64,000 nt of DNA, taken from assembly GCA_964543705.1 (NCBI GenBank), contig CAZIZP010000010.1, positions 229 to 64,228 on the forward strand, written 5' to 3'. Shown here one piece after another: positions 55,725-64,000 of this stretch. A program made the translations under genes and the position numbers. Position 1 is the stretch's first letter. Each line of letters begins with the position of its first letter. The notes below the pieces were generated by a model. That model made no database searches. It worked only from the letters and a program-made list of their open reading frames with translations, and was not told the origin of the DNA. The stretch is from an uncultured Chitinophagaceae bacterium. GTDB lineage: Bacteria; Bacteroidota; Bacteroidia; Chitinophagales; CAIOSU01.

Positions 55725-57914
55725 TTACCACACTAATATTACATTACCTTGTTTATTTTCCCTTGAACCATCGGGCAGTTGAACCTGTGCCTGATATACA
55801 TAAGTATCCATAGGTTGTAATTTACCATTAAAGGTACCGTCCCATTTGGCGTTATTGCCATTGCCGCTAAATACTAATTGCCCCCAACGATTGAAAATTT
55901 TTATTTCAATTAAATCAACCACAGGGCTAGCAATAATTCCGAAAGTTCTGTTTTCTGTAGTGCTTCCGTTTGGCGCAAAACCATCAGGGAAATCGTAAAG
56001 GTTAACATCTACTCTTACGTATACAGTATCTACAGCTTCACAACCATTTTCATCAACTCCTACTACTCTGAAAAAAGTATTTTCAGTAGGCGAGTTGGTA
56101 ATTTGATTACCGCTTCCAACTTCTTCGCCATTATTAGTATTAAACCATGTATAAGTATAATCCGGAGTACCGCCTTCTGAAGAAAGTACTTCTAAATCAA
56201 CACTGTAACCAATAGCTGTAATCGTGTCGTTACTTGCCACAATAACAAATTGCTCTGGATTAATAACCTGAACAGTTTCTACAGTTGTACATCCATTAGC
56301 ATCGGTAATTGTAACAGCATAAGTGCCTCCTTCTAAATTGCTTAGGTTTTGAGTAGTTGCTCCACCTTCAGACCATAAAAATTCATAATCAGGAACACCC
56401 CCGGTTATATCTACTGCCACAGAACCATCCCCCGCATTAAAGCAAGAAACATTTAACGGGGTAAGACTTGCCAACAACTGATCAGGTTCTTCTACCGTGA
56501 AAGTTTCTACTTTTTCGCAATCGTTAAAATCTGTAACAGTAACTGTGTAAGTTCCTGCTTGTAAACCTGAAAGGTCTTCAGTAGTTGCAGCATTACTCCA
56601 GTTATATTCAAAATTTGGTATTCCATTAGTTACGGTAAGGTTCAACTCACCTGTACTACCACCATTACATAATACATCTGTAGCTAAAGCTGAAAGTAAA
56701 ATTTCATCAGGCTCAACTAATGTAAAAGTATTGGGGATATTGGTTGTGCAGCCATTACTATCAGTAATAGCCAAGTTATAATCACCTGCCCCTAAATCGA
56801 AAATATCCTGAGTTGTTTGTCCATCAGGGCTCCAGTTAAAAGTAAATGGTGGGGTGCCTGTAGTTACTACTACTTCAATAGATCCATCTTCTAAACCAAA
56901 GCAGGTTGGGTTTTTTACTTTAGAAAGAACTAAATCGATATTTGGACTTGGAATAGAAAAAGCAAATGGCTGTAAGCTGAAATCGTTCCATGCAGTAATT
57001 GTTAGCGTTCTAAAGCCTCCACTGTTTCCAGCAACAATTGGGTTAACCAGTTCCCATTGAGGAAGATTTTGCCAATGAACCACTTGAGACCAATTGGTTT
57101 CAGTAGGGTCATAATAAGTAATAACTTGAACAGGGTCGGTACCTTGAGGTCTTCCTATTAAATGGTAATAGTTTGGATTTATTTCACAAATATTAGCTTC
57201 TCTGGTACTTCTGTCAAAGCCTTCAGTAGTGGCATCTACATTTGCCATTCTTACTTCAAATGTATTGGCAGCATTGTTGTCAGGAGTAATAGTAATCGGG
57301 CGATAACGTAAAGTGCCTGCTGATGAACCTACCGGGAATAAATAATCACTTGCCTCATCTAATTCTCTTACCAACCTTCCGTTTCCGGTGCTACTTACAA
57401 AGCCTGTTGAGCGAGTTACAGCGTTAACAAAAGTATTCAGCACAAACATTTTATTGCCGTCAGTAGCTAATTCTCTGTCGTTTAATTCGAGAATACTGTT
57501 TACTCTTGCATCTATAGTTTGTGTTTTAATTCCCGTTCCGGTTAAAGTAAGGTTGTGAAACTCAGTAATAGCACTACCGGTAATTAACTGGTCGGCACCA
57601 TACAATTCTACAAGACTTGAGTCGGCTGAAAAGTTGGCATTGTTTATCCAGTCGCCCTGAACACGATATACACCTTTATCTGCACCACCATTAGCCAAAT
57701 CGTTATTTTCAAAATAGTCTTCAATTATAAATGTTCCGGCATTATCTATGGTGCCTGAAGCATTATTAACTGCACCTGTTTTTACTATTACAGTAGCATT
57801 TTCTTTTATGGCTATTAATGCACCATTGTTATAAACGAGCTGTGCTGAAGCAACTGTGTTTATGCCAAGCATCAAACCAGTTAGCAGAAAATTTTTGACC
57901 GTTGAATTAGTCAT
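55725..57914 (-). CDS. cell-surface adhesin with beta-helix-like N-terminal region, 3 SprB-type repeats and a T9SS type B (gliding motility-associated) C-terminal domain
   Basis: Repeats CFGLEDGSIEV...FNWS, CNGGSTGELNL...YNWS and CFNAGDGSVAV...FLWS. C-terminal IKIFNRWGQLVFSG...WDGTFNGKLQPMDTYVYQAQV...GNVILVW. Confidence 0.85.
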   Translation of the reverse strand: MTNSTVKNFLLTGLMLGINTVASAQLVYNNGALIAIKENATVIVKTGAVNNASGTIDNAGTFIIEDYFENNDLANGGADKGVYRVQGDWINNANFSADSSLVELYGADQLITGSAITEFHNLTLTGTGIKTQTIDARVNSILELNDRELATDGNKMFVLNTFVNAVTRSTGFVSSTGNGRLVRELDEASDYLFPVGSSAGTLRYRPITITPDNNAANTFEVRMANVDATTEGFDRSTREANICEINPNYYHLIGRPQGTDPVQVITYYDPTETNWSQVVHWQNLPQWELVNPIVAGNSGGFRTLTITAWNDFSLQPFAFSIPSPNIDLVLSKVKNPTCFGLEDGSIEVVVTTGTPPFTFNWSPDGQTTQDIFDLGAGDYNLAITDSNGCTTNIPNTFTLVEPDEILLSALATDVLCNGGSTGELNLTVTNGIPNFEYNWSNAATTEDLSGLQAGTYTVTVTDFNDCEKVETFTVEEPDQLLASLTPLNVSCFNAGDGSVAVDITGGVPDYEFLWSEGGATTQNLSNLEGGTYAVTITDANGCTTVETVQVINPEQFVIVASNDTITAIGYSVDLEVLSSEGGTPDYTYTWFNTNNGEEVGSGNQITNSPTENTFFRVVGVDENGCEAVDTVYVRVDVNLYDFPDGFAPNGSTTENRTFGIIASPVVDLIEIKIFNRWGQLVFSGNGNNAKWDGTFNGKLQPMDTYVYQAQVQLPDGSRENKQGNVILVW
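55728..55997 (-). other. T9SS type B C-terminal sorting domain
   Basis: The last roughly 90 aa match the CHU_C / gliding-motility-associated CTD pattern (F.PNG....N..F.I......L.IFNRWG.LVF......WDG..NG...P...Y.Y). Confidence 0.8.
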
Positions 57915-58061
57915 GAGTTATAGTTTAGTATTGGTTTAACCTTTTATTTTATAATTAATAAGCTAAAGTATGAATGTATGTTTATAAAAACAAAAAACTG
58001 CTTTCGATTAAATTCTATTAATAATTAAATGTCAAACAATTCTTCATCGTTGTATTTTTAA

Positions 58062-58361
58062 TTATTCGTCTTCTTTTTTCCCTTGAATTGAATGTTTTCT
58101 GATAGTAGGCCTTTCGTTCGTTTCTTCAAACAAAATCTCTTTGCTTTTTACTGTGTTGTTTTGTCTGTTACCGGAAGAAACTTTTCGTGTTTCAGAACCG
58201 CTATTGCTTTCAGTTCTGTCATTCAATTGCTTCGAATCTTTATTTACTGAAATTGTTGTAGGTGCAACATTTTCACTTACATGTCTTTGCTGTGAATAGC
58301 CTACTGAAAAAATAAACAGTAAAGCAATTATCGCATAAAGCCTTCTTTGAAAGTTTTTCAT
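58062..58361 (-). CDS. small secreted or anchored protein with a disordered polar tail
   Basis: 99 aa. N-terminal hydrophobic span LYAIIALLFIFSVGYSQ, then S/N/K/E/R-rich low-complexity sequence. It starts 13 nt after the collagen-like gene. Confidence 0.5.
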   Translation of the reverse strand: MKNFQRRLYAIIALLFIFSVGYSQQRHVSENVAPTTISVNKDSKQLNDRTESNSGSETRKVSSGNRQNNTVKSKEILFEETNERPTIRKHSIQGKKEDE

Positions 58362-58373
58362 TTTTAATAATTT

Positions 58374-59297
58374 TTATTCCAGAATTATAAGACTTCTGTG
58401 AGCGTTATCTTGTGTAGCGACATTATTAAATAAAGTTCCGCTGTACAAAGAATCATAAAGCCACTGTACTTTAATAGTAGTACTTACGTTTGGCGTAACA
58501 GAAACCGGCACAGACATACTGGCACTCCAAACATTATTAGATTCCCCAAAGAAACCATCATAATCTCCAACTTGTGTAGCAAGCCCTCTTCCGTTTGCAA
58601 CCACGTTATTAACCAAAATTCTAAACACCGCAAATCTTCCGGCAGTTGTAGTCCCTGTAACAGTTCCACTTGCAGAAAAATTTACTACTACAGTGCTTTT
58701 TGTAGGCGTAAAAGTCAATGTCATTTGTGGTAAATCTAAAAAAGTTGTAGAAACAGCTCTATTTATATCAGTGGTTCCAACAACAGAGTAGATTGTTGCT
58801 GCTCCGGCAGGGCCTTGTGGGCCTGTAGCTCCGGCAGGACCTTGCAAACCAGCAGGACCTTGTGGGCCGATAGGTCCGGCTACACCTTGTATGCCTTGTG
58901 GGCCTATTGGGCCAGCGGGACCTTGCGGACCGGCAGGGCCAGCCACACCTTGCGGACCTTGTGGGCCTGGAGCACCATCAGCCCCGGCAGGGCCAATAGG
59001 GCCTTGCGGACCGGCAGGGCCTTGTGGGCCTATTGCAGCTACCCATTGCGTTCCATCAAAATACCAAAACTGGTTAAAGTCGGTATCATAAACCAAAAGC
59101 CCCTGAGCAGGAGTATTAATGCCTAATCGTTGATTTGTGGTAACTCTTGGAATTAATATCCCTTTATCGTTTGATGTTAAATCTAATACTGAAGAAGGAT
59201 GTGGATTTAACGTACCTACCCCAACGTTATCTTGAGCATTTACTGCACCAAGACAAAAGCAGTGCACAACCACTGCCCAAATGAAAACTCTTTTCAT
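58374..59297 (-). CDS. secreted collagen-like triple-helix repeat protein
   Basis: Signal peptide (…LGAVNAQ), a roughly 65-aa N-terminal module, 26 uninterrupted Gly-X-Y triplets (aa 90-167, [21 protein letters not shown]...), and a roughly 140-aa all-beta C-terminal domain. Confidence 0.85.
   Translation of the reverse strand: MKRVFIWAVVVHCFCLGAVNAQDNVGVGTLNPHPSSVLDLTSNDKGILIPRVTTNQRLGINTPAQGLLVYDTDFNQFWYFDGTQWVAAIGPQGPAGPQGPIGPAGADGAPGPQGPQGVAGPAGPQGPAGPIGPQGIQGVAGPIGPQGPAGLQGPAGATGPQGPAGAATIYSVVGTTDINRAVSTTFLDLPQMTLTFTPTKSTVVVNFSASGTVTGTTTAGRFAVFRILVNNVVANGRGLATQVGDYDGFFGESNNVWSASMSVPVSVTPNVSTTIKVQWLYDSLYSGTLFNNVATQDNAHRSLIILE
58797..59030 (-). repeat. collagen Gly-X-Y coding repeat (26 triplets), a locally GC-rich tract
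   Basis: 9-nt periodic ggncc(n) runs are visible on the + strand. They generate spurious mirror ORFs on the + strand (58815..59126, 58891..59091). Confidence 0.9.
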
Positions 59298-59435
59298 TTA
59301 ATTAAATTTTAGTTTTTAGTTATAGTTGGCGCATCTAAATTAACAATATTCCAATTGCATACAACTATTTGAACTTAAATTATTTTTGCATGTATTATTT
59401 TACTGTTTTAATTCTTCATTAACTAATAATTCCAC

Positions 59436-60701
59436 TTGGCTGCAAACAACGTTAACGACCCCTATGCTTCTTTAAGAATTAAAGATTTCAGAATTTATCT
59501 TTCTGCCAGAATACTTACCACCATTGGCTTGTTAATGCAAAGCACTATAGTAGCCTGGCTGGTTTATGAAATAACCAATGATAAATTAGCATTAGGGCTT
59601 ATAGGACTTAGTGAGGCCTTACCATTTATTTTCAGTACTTTTTATTCTGGTTATGCTTCAGATAAGTTTAACAGGAAAACTCTTTTAGTTGGTTTTACCT
59701 GGGTTTTGGCTGGATGTTCGCTTTTATTAACATTATTAAATTTCTACGGGAATTTTGTTTTTGTAGAATATGGCGCAATACCCATTTATATGGTTATTGC
59801 TTTAAGTGGCATTGCACGTGCATTTATTGCCCCTACCACACAAGCTATTCAAGCGCGAATAGTACCAAGGGGTTTATATGCCAATGCCTCTACCTGGAGT
59901 AGCAACATTTTTCAGATTGGAGCGGTAATTGGCCCATTGATTGGTGGCTTTGCGTTAGAATTGTTTAATCCGACTATAGCTATGGTAGTAGTAGTAGTAC
60001 TAATATCTGCTTCAGCATTTTTAAAAAGTTTTATTCCTGATCAACCTGTTTCTAAAGACATTAAGCACGAATCGTTTTTTAAATCTTTAAAAGAAGGTTT
60101 GCGTTTTGTTTTTAAATCACAACCTATAGTTTCGTCTATTTCGCTTGATTTATTTGCGGTATTGTTTGGTGGCGTAGTAGCATTATTGCCGGCATTTTGT
60201 AAAGACATATTACATGTTGGCCCCACGGCACTTGGTTTGTTAAGGGGTTCTCAATTTATGGGCTCAGCAGCAATGGGTTTTATGCTGGCTTATTTTCCGC
60301 CTTTAAAAAATGCAGGCAGAAATTTACTTATAAGCATTGCATTATTCGGTATATGTATTATTGGTTTTGCATTATCAGAAATTTATTGGCTATCGTTTAT
60401 TTTTCTTTTTTTAAGTGGCGCATTCGATAATGTAAGTGTTATTATTCGCTCTACCATATTGCAATTATATACGCCTGATGCAATGCGCGGCAGAGTAAGT
60501 TCAGTAAATTCGCTTTTCATAAAATCATCTAACGAAATTGGTGATTTTGAAAGCGGATTGGCAGCCAAAATTTTAGGTCTTGTTCCGGCAGTGATTTTTG
60601 GCGGAAGTATGACGCTTCTGGTAGTAGGCTTTACTGCATGGTTTGCTCCTACACTAAGAAAAATGGATTTGACTAAAGACCCTGAAGAAACAGAAAAATA
60701 G
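59436..60701 (+). CDS. MFS transporter (MFS_3/EntS-like)
   Basis: 12 TM spans. N-terminus LRIKDFRIYLSARILTTIGLLMQSTIVAWLVYEIT. TTG start (no in-frame ATG upstream of TM1). Confidence 0.8.
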   Translation: MAANNVNDPYASLRIKDFRIYLSARILTTIGLLMQSTIVAWLVYEITNDKLALGLIGLSEALPFIFSTFYSGYASDKFNRKTLLVGFTWVLAGCSLLLTLLNFYGNFVFVEYGAIPIYMVIALSGIARAFIAPTTQAIQARIVPRGLYANASTWSSNIFQIGAVIGPLIGGFALELFNPTIAMVVVVVLISASAFLKSFIPDQPVSKDIKHESFFKSLKEGLRFVFKSQPIVSSISLDLFAVLFGGVVALLPAFCKDILHVGPTALGLLRGSQFMGSAAMGFMLAYFPPLKNAGRNLLISIALFGICIIGFALSEIYWLSFIFLFLSGAFDNVSVIIRSTILQLYTPDAMRGRVSSVNSLFIKSSNEIGDFESGLAAKILGLVPAVIFGGSMTLLVVGFTAWFAPTLRKMDLTKDPEETEK

Positions 60702-60704
60702 TTG

Positions 60705-61829
60705 TCATTTCTTTTTTACTTTTCCTTTCAGTCTTTCTTTTAAAGCAATAAAAGATTTTTCATTTTTCAGATTATCAAAATCATTATCGCTGATAAAAGC
60801 TTCATATTGTTTTCGGTTTTCAAAAAACTTTGTAGCTGCGCAACGGTTTAAAAAAGCCATTGCTTTTGCTTTTTCATTCATTAAAGAGTAGTTAGCAGCA
60901 ATTTTATACAAGCAATTCCCTGTAAACCAGGCATCATACGCCATAGCCTTTATTAAGTCGTCAATAGCTTCGTTATAATAGTTTAGTTTGCTTTTGGCGT
61001 TTGCCATTTCGTAATAGGCTTCGGCTTCATCGGGCTTATATTCAAGGGCAATCATAAAGTCTTCAATCGCATTTTTATACTGTTTCGTTTCCAGTTTTAA
61101 TTTTCCTCTTCCTAAATATCCCGAATAGTTTTTAGGGTTATTCTGTATATACTTTTCATAATCTGCCATTGAAGAATCTTTTTCGCCTAATAGCCTGTAT
61201 GCATTGGCACGGTTTTTTAATGCTACATCTAAATAGGGCTCTAATTGCAGCGCTTTATTAAAATCATTTATAGCCAGGCGAATATCAGTTTTTGAGGCTT
61301 TCTCAATATCCTGATAATAATATCTTACAGTTCCTCTGTTGCTATATGCCAAGGCAAAAGAAGAGTCGAGCCTAATGGCATTATTATAGTTTTCTAATGC
61401 TGCCCTGTAATTGCCTTTTCTGAAAAAAAGTACACCTCTGTTATTATAAGCTTCAGGATAATTTGGACTAGTTTGTATGGCTTTGTCGAGTAAAACTTCT
61501 GCCTTTTTATATTCGCCAATATCGGTATAATGGCTGGCTAATGCTGCCATAATTTTTACATTGTTCTTATCTGCTTTATATCCTTTTAAAAAACTTTCTC
61601 CTGCTGCTGAAATGTTGCCAATGTATTGATAAGAATAGCCTAAATAATAATAGGCCTCTGCATTATCTGGCATGGCGGCAATTGAATTTTTAAAATATTC
61701 TAAGGCAACATGATATTCGCCTGAATGAAACAACTTTAGCCCCGTTTGAAAATTTGGTTCAGACCGGATTTGTTGTGCAGACAATTTAAAGGTCATGGAT
61801 ATCCATAACAGCATCATAATTAATTTCAT
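60705..61829 (-). CDS. secreted tetratricopeptide repeat protein
   Basis: Signal peptide MKLIMMLLWISMTFKLSAQ. At least 8 TPR units (AEAYYYLGYSYQYIGN..., PEAYNNRGVLFFRKGNYRAALENYNNAIRLD...). I prefer ATG 61829. Confidence 0.8.
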   Translation of the reverse strand: MKLIMMLLWISMTFKLSAQQIRSEPNFQTGLKLFHSGEYHVALEYFKNSIAAMPDNAEAYYYLGYSYQYIGNISAAGESFLKGYKADKNNVKIMAALASHYTDIGEYKKAEVLLDKAIQTSPNYPEAYNNRGVLFFRKGNYRAALENYNNAIRLDSSFALAYSNRGTVRYYYQDIEKASKTDIRLAINDFNKALQLEPYLDVALKNRANAYRLLGEKDSSMADYEKYIQNNPKNYSGYLGRGKLKLETKQYKNAIEDFMIALEYKPDEAEAYYEMANAKSKLNYYNEAIDDLIKAMAYDAWFTGNCLYKIAANYSLMNEKAKAMAFLNRCAATKFFENRKQYEAFISDNDFDNLKNEKSFIALKERLKGKVKKK

Positions 61830-61924
61830 TATAAATTTTGTGTGTACAATATAGTATTGTAATTTCAAGTAGTTAATATTTAAAATACAATTTTAGCATT
61901 TTTAAACTTTTAAATTGTTTTTAT

Positions 61925-62275
61925 ATGGCTTCAGAAAAAAAATATACTTCGCTAAAAGATTTCTATCCATACTATTTAACCGAACACAGCGACCCTATTT
62001 GTAGAGAATTGCATTTTACCGGAACATTAGGCTTTTTTCTTTTACTTTTTTCAGCATTTATTTTTCAAAAGTGGTGGCTTATAGCATTGTTGCCTGTTTG
62101 TGGCTATGGCTTTGCCTGGGCCGGTCATTTCTTTTTTGAAAAAAATAAACCTGCAACATTTCAATATCCTTTTTACAGTTTGGCTTCAGATTTTATTATG
62201 TTTTACCATATTCTTACCAATCAGTTGCCGCAAAAACTAGCTGAAGCCAAGAAAATAATTGGGCAAGACGCATAA
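61925..62275 (+). CDS. DUF962 (Mpo1-like) family membrane protein
   Basis: 116 aa. YYLTEHSDPICRELHFTG and HFFFEKNKPATFQYP resemble the DUF962/YGL010w family. Confidence 0.6.
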   Translation: MASEKKYTSLKDFYPYYLTEHSDPICRELHFTGTLGFFLLLFSAFIFQKWWLIALLPVCGYGFAWAGHFFFEKNKPATFQYPFYSLASDFIMFYHILTNQLPQKLAEAKKIIGQDA

Positions 62276-62308
62276 TATTATTGCGTTATTTCTGCATAGA
62301 TATATGCT

Positions 62309-62316
62309 TACCTTTG
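62309..62316 (+). promoter_or_regulatory. candidate -7 promoter box (TAnnTTTG) only 5 nt upstream of the rlmN ATG
   Basis: TACCTTTG is an exact match. Its position implies a leaderless or near-leaderless mRNA. Confidence 0.3.
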
Positions 62317-62320
62317 CAGC

Positions 62321-63364
62321 ATGGCAGTTGCAGCAAAACAAGATATAAGAAAACTTTCTTTAAAAGAACTTACCGACTGGTTTGTAAAAACGGGCGAAAA
62401 GCCATTTCGTGCCAAGCAGGTATATGAGTGGCTTTGGAAAAAAGGTGCATTCTCTTTTGAAGAAATGACTAACCTTTCTAAAGACCTGCGCTGGTACCTC
62501 GATGAAAACTTTGAGATAAATGCAGTGAGTGAAGACGTGATGCAACAAAGTAGCGATGGCACTATTAAATTGCGATTAAAACTACACGATGGGGAACTGA
62601 TTGAAGGCGTAATTATTCCAACACCTACACGCACTACTGCTTGTGTTTCATCGCAAGTGGGCTGTAGTTTAAGTTGTAAGTTTTGTGCTACCGGATTTAT
62701 GGACCGAAAACGCAATTTAGAGCCCGATGAAATTTTTGACCAGGTGGTAATTATGAATCAAAAAGCACTGGAAAATTATGGCAGCACACTTACCAACATA
62801 GTTTTTATGGGTATGGGCGAGCCATTGCTTAATTATAAAAATGTTTTGGCCGGAATTGAAAAAATTACTGCTCCTGATGGATTGAATATGTCGCCAAAAC
62901 GCATAACGGTTTCTACTGCAGGCGTTGCCAAAATGATAAAGAAACTGGCCGATGACGAAGTGAAGTTTAACTTGGCTTTATCGCTTCATGCAGCAAACGA
63001 CACCAAACGAAATACCATTATGGCCATTAATGAAACCAATAATTTAGATACTTTGGTTGAAGCCTTAAACTACTTTCACGAAAAAACAGGCAACGAAATT
63101 ACCTTCGAATATATTTTATTCGATGGGTTTAACGACTCGCTGCAAGATGCTAAAGAGTTGGCCGAACTATGTAAGCGAGTACCTGCCAAAGTAAATTTAA
63201 TAGAGTACAATAAAGTAGAAAATGTTCCTTTCAAAAAGGCAAGTTCGAGCAATCGCGATGCTTTTGTGGAATATTTAGAGAAAAACAGAATTATTGCCAA
63301 AGTAAGGCGCAGCAGAGGAAAAGATATTGATGCTGCCTGCGGACAATTGGCAAATAAAGCATAA
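62321..63364 (+). CDS. rlmN: 23S rRNA/tRNA (adenine-C2)-methyltransferase RlmN (radical SAM)
   Basis: FRAKQVYEWLW, radical SAM CSLSCKFCATG, and the C-terminal GKDIDAACGQL. Confidence 0.93.
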   Translation: MAVAAKQDIRKLSLKELTDWFVKTGEKPFRAKQVYEWLWKKGAFSFEEMTNLSKDLRWYLDENFEINAVSEDVMQQSSDGTIKLRLKLHDGELIEGVIIPTPTRTTACVSSQVGCSLSCKFCATGFMDRKRNLEPDEIFDQVVIMNQKALENYGSTLTNIVFMGMGEPLLNYKNVLAGIEKITAPDGLNMSPKRITVSTAGVAKMIKKLADDEVKFNLALSLHAANDTKRNTIMAINETNNLDTLVEALNYFHEKTGNEITFEYILFDGFNDSLQDAKELAELCKRVPAKVNLIEYNKVENVPFKKASSSNRDAFVEYLEKNRIIAKVRRSRGKDIDAACGQLANKA

Positions 63365-63383
63365 CTATTTAACTGAATTTAAT

Positions 63384-63893
63384 ATGAAAACTTATTCTGC
63401 TTCTTTCGATAATACCGTTAAAATACTTTCTGCCATTATAACGCTTTCAATATTAGTAATTGAAGGCAATTTTATTTTTAACATTGCCAAAGCCGTTAGC
63501 AACGGTATGGCCCTTTCTGCATTTATCGGAAAAATATTTTTGCTACTGATATTAATTAGCATTGTATTATTTGCCTTTTTATTCAGCATTAAACATTATG
63601 CTGTAAATAATAACACGCTTTTTATTCAACGCTGGATAAATACAATTGAAATTCCGTTTACTGAAATAAAAACTGTCAGGGTTTTAAATGATAATGATAT
63701 GGGCATGGTATTCAGAACCTTTGGTGTAGGCGGGCTTTTCGGTTACTTCGGAAAATTCAGCAGTTCTAAACTAGGCTCTATAACTTACTATGCTACTCAA
63801 AACAAAAACAAAATTTTTATTGAACTGAAAAGCGGAAAGAAAATTTTAATTACTCCTGATGATACTGGTATTGCAGCGCAAATTAAAGTGTGA
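63384..63893 (+). CDS. membrane protein with a bacterial PH-like domain
   Basis: Two N-terminal TM spans, then a roughly 90-aa beta-rich domain (LFIQRWINTIEIPFTEIKTVRVL...KILITPDD). I prefer ATG 63384 to avoid overlapping rlmN. Confidence 0.45.
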   Translation: MKTYSASFDNTVKILSAIITLSILVIEGNFIFNIAKAVSNGMALSAFIGKIFLLLILISIVLFAFLFSIKHYAVNNNTLFIQRWINTIEIPFTEIKTVRVLNDNDMGMVFRTFGVGGLFGYFGKFSSSKLGSITYYATQNKNKIFIELKSGKKILITPDDTGIAAQIKV

Positions 63894-63903
63894 AAAATGT
63901 TTC

Positions 63904-64000
63904 CTAAAACGAAACACTCATACCTGCCCTGATACCAAAATTGCCTACAAAAGGATTGTTTCGATAAGTAAGTCTCCAAATAAAATCTACTCTGAAAAGT
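63904..64000 (-). CDS. C-terminal end of an outer-membrane beta-barrel-like protein (gene continues beyond the window end)
   Basis: The reverse strand reads ...LFRVDFIWRLTYRNNPFVGNFGIRAGMSVSF then a stop (TAG, 63906..63904). A terminal Phe and alternating pattern are typical of OMP last strands. Confidence 0.3.
   Translation of the reverse strand, partial: LFRVDFIWRLTYRNNPFVGNFGIRAGMSVSF

Noticed and set aside
58815-59126. + strand ORFs (103 aa and 66 aa) rich in Gly/Pro/Ala/Trp, opposite the collagen-like gene
   Set aside because: They are mirror-frame artefacts of the GC-rich Gly-X-Y triplet repeat. Only the minus strand frame has a signal peptide plus flanking non-repeat domains.
62308-62715. 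135-aa minus strand ORF overlapping the 5' part of rlmN
   Set aside because: It is antisense to the radical-SAM core of RlmN, has no independent support, and would start inside the neighbouring spacer without promoter-like signals.
1-64000. Search for CRISPR arrays, tRNA/rRNA genes, transposases, integrases, restriction-modification or other recognisable defence systems, and prophage genes
   Set aside because: I found no regularly spaced direct repeats, T-loop/cloverleaf candidates outside coding sequence, or diagnostic protein motifs. The only tRNA-like string (tcgaaccc near 35960) lies inside serS. A computational scan (tRNAscan-SE, Infernal, DefenseFinder/PADLOC) would be needed to be definitive.

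Overview
This is a 64-kb chromosomal window from an AT-rich Bacteroidota genome. The assignment rests on type IX secretion (T9SS) components, SprB-repeat adhesins with type A and type B T9SS C-terminal domains, a Rho factor with a long N-terminal insertion, TAnnTTTG-type -7 promoter boxes and bshA. Class and family cannot be determined by eye. I count about 55 tightly packed protein genes. I found no rRNA, tRNA, CRISPR array, transposase, integrase or phage genes. Most genes are housekeeping: bcp, htpG, mfd, slyD, nifU-like, pabA/trpG-like, rRNA methyltransferases rsmA/rlmN/RsmF-like, serS, rho, a glutamine synthetase family gene, fabF-acpP, dtd, mazG-like and bshA. The accessory content is cell-surface and T9SS biology, in four parts: (1) a 1236-aa adhesin with 11 SprB-type repeats and a type A CTD; (2) a translationally coupled PorV-like barrel plus an unusually large (1713 aa) C25 PorU-like peptidase in V-then-U order; (3) a co-directional module of a type B CTD adhesin, a PorP/SprF barrel and a PorE-like TPR/beta-propeller/CRD/OmpA protein; (4) directly upstream of that module, a collagen-like (26 uninterrupted Gly-X-Y) secreted protein with a small disordered secreted partner. 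Other items worth a second look are a hyper-acidic 170-aa protein divergent from an ABC ATPase that lacks the H-loop histidine, a stand-alone retropepsin-like protease, the roughly 125-aa disordered insertion in Rho, an IPExxxVDY-family gene, and several small repeats or palindromes in intergenic regions. All calls come from reading the supplied translations and the DNA by eye; no database search was run.
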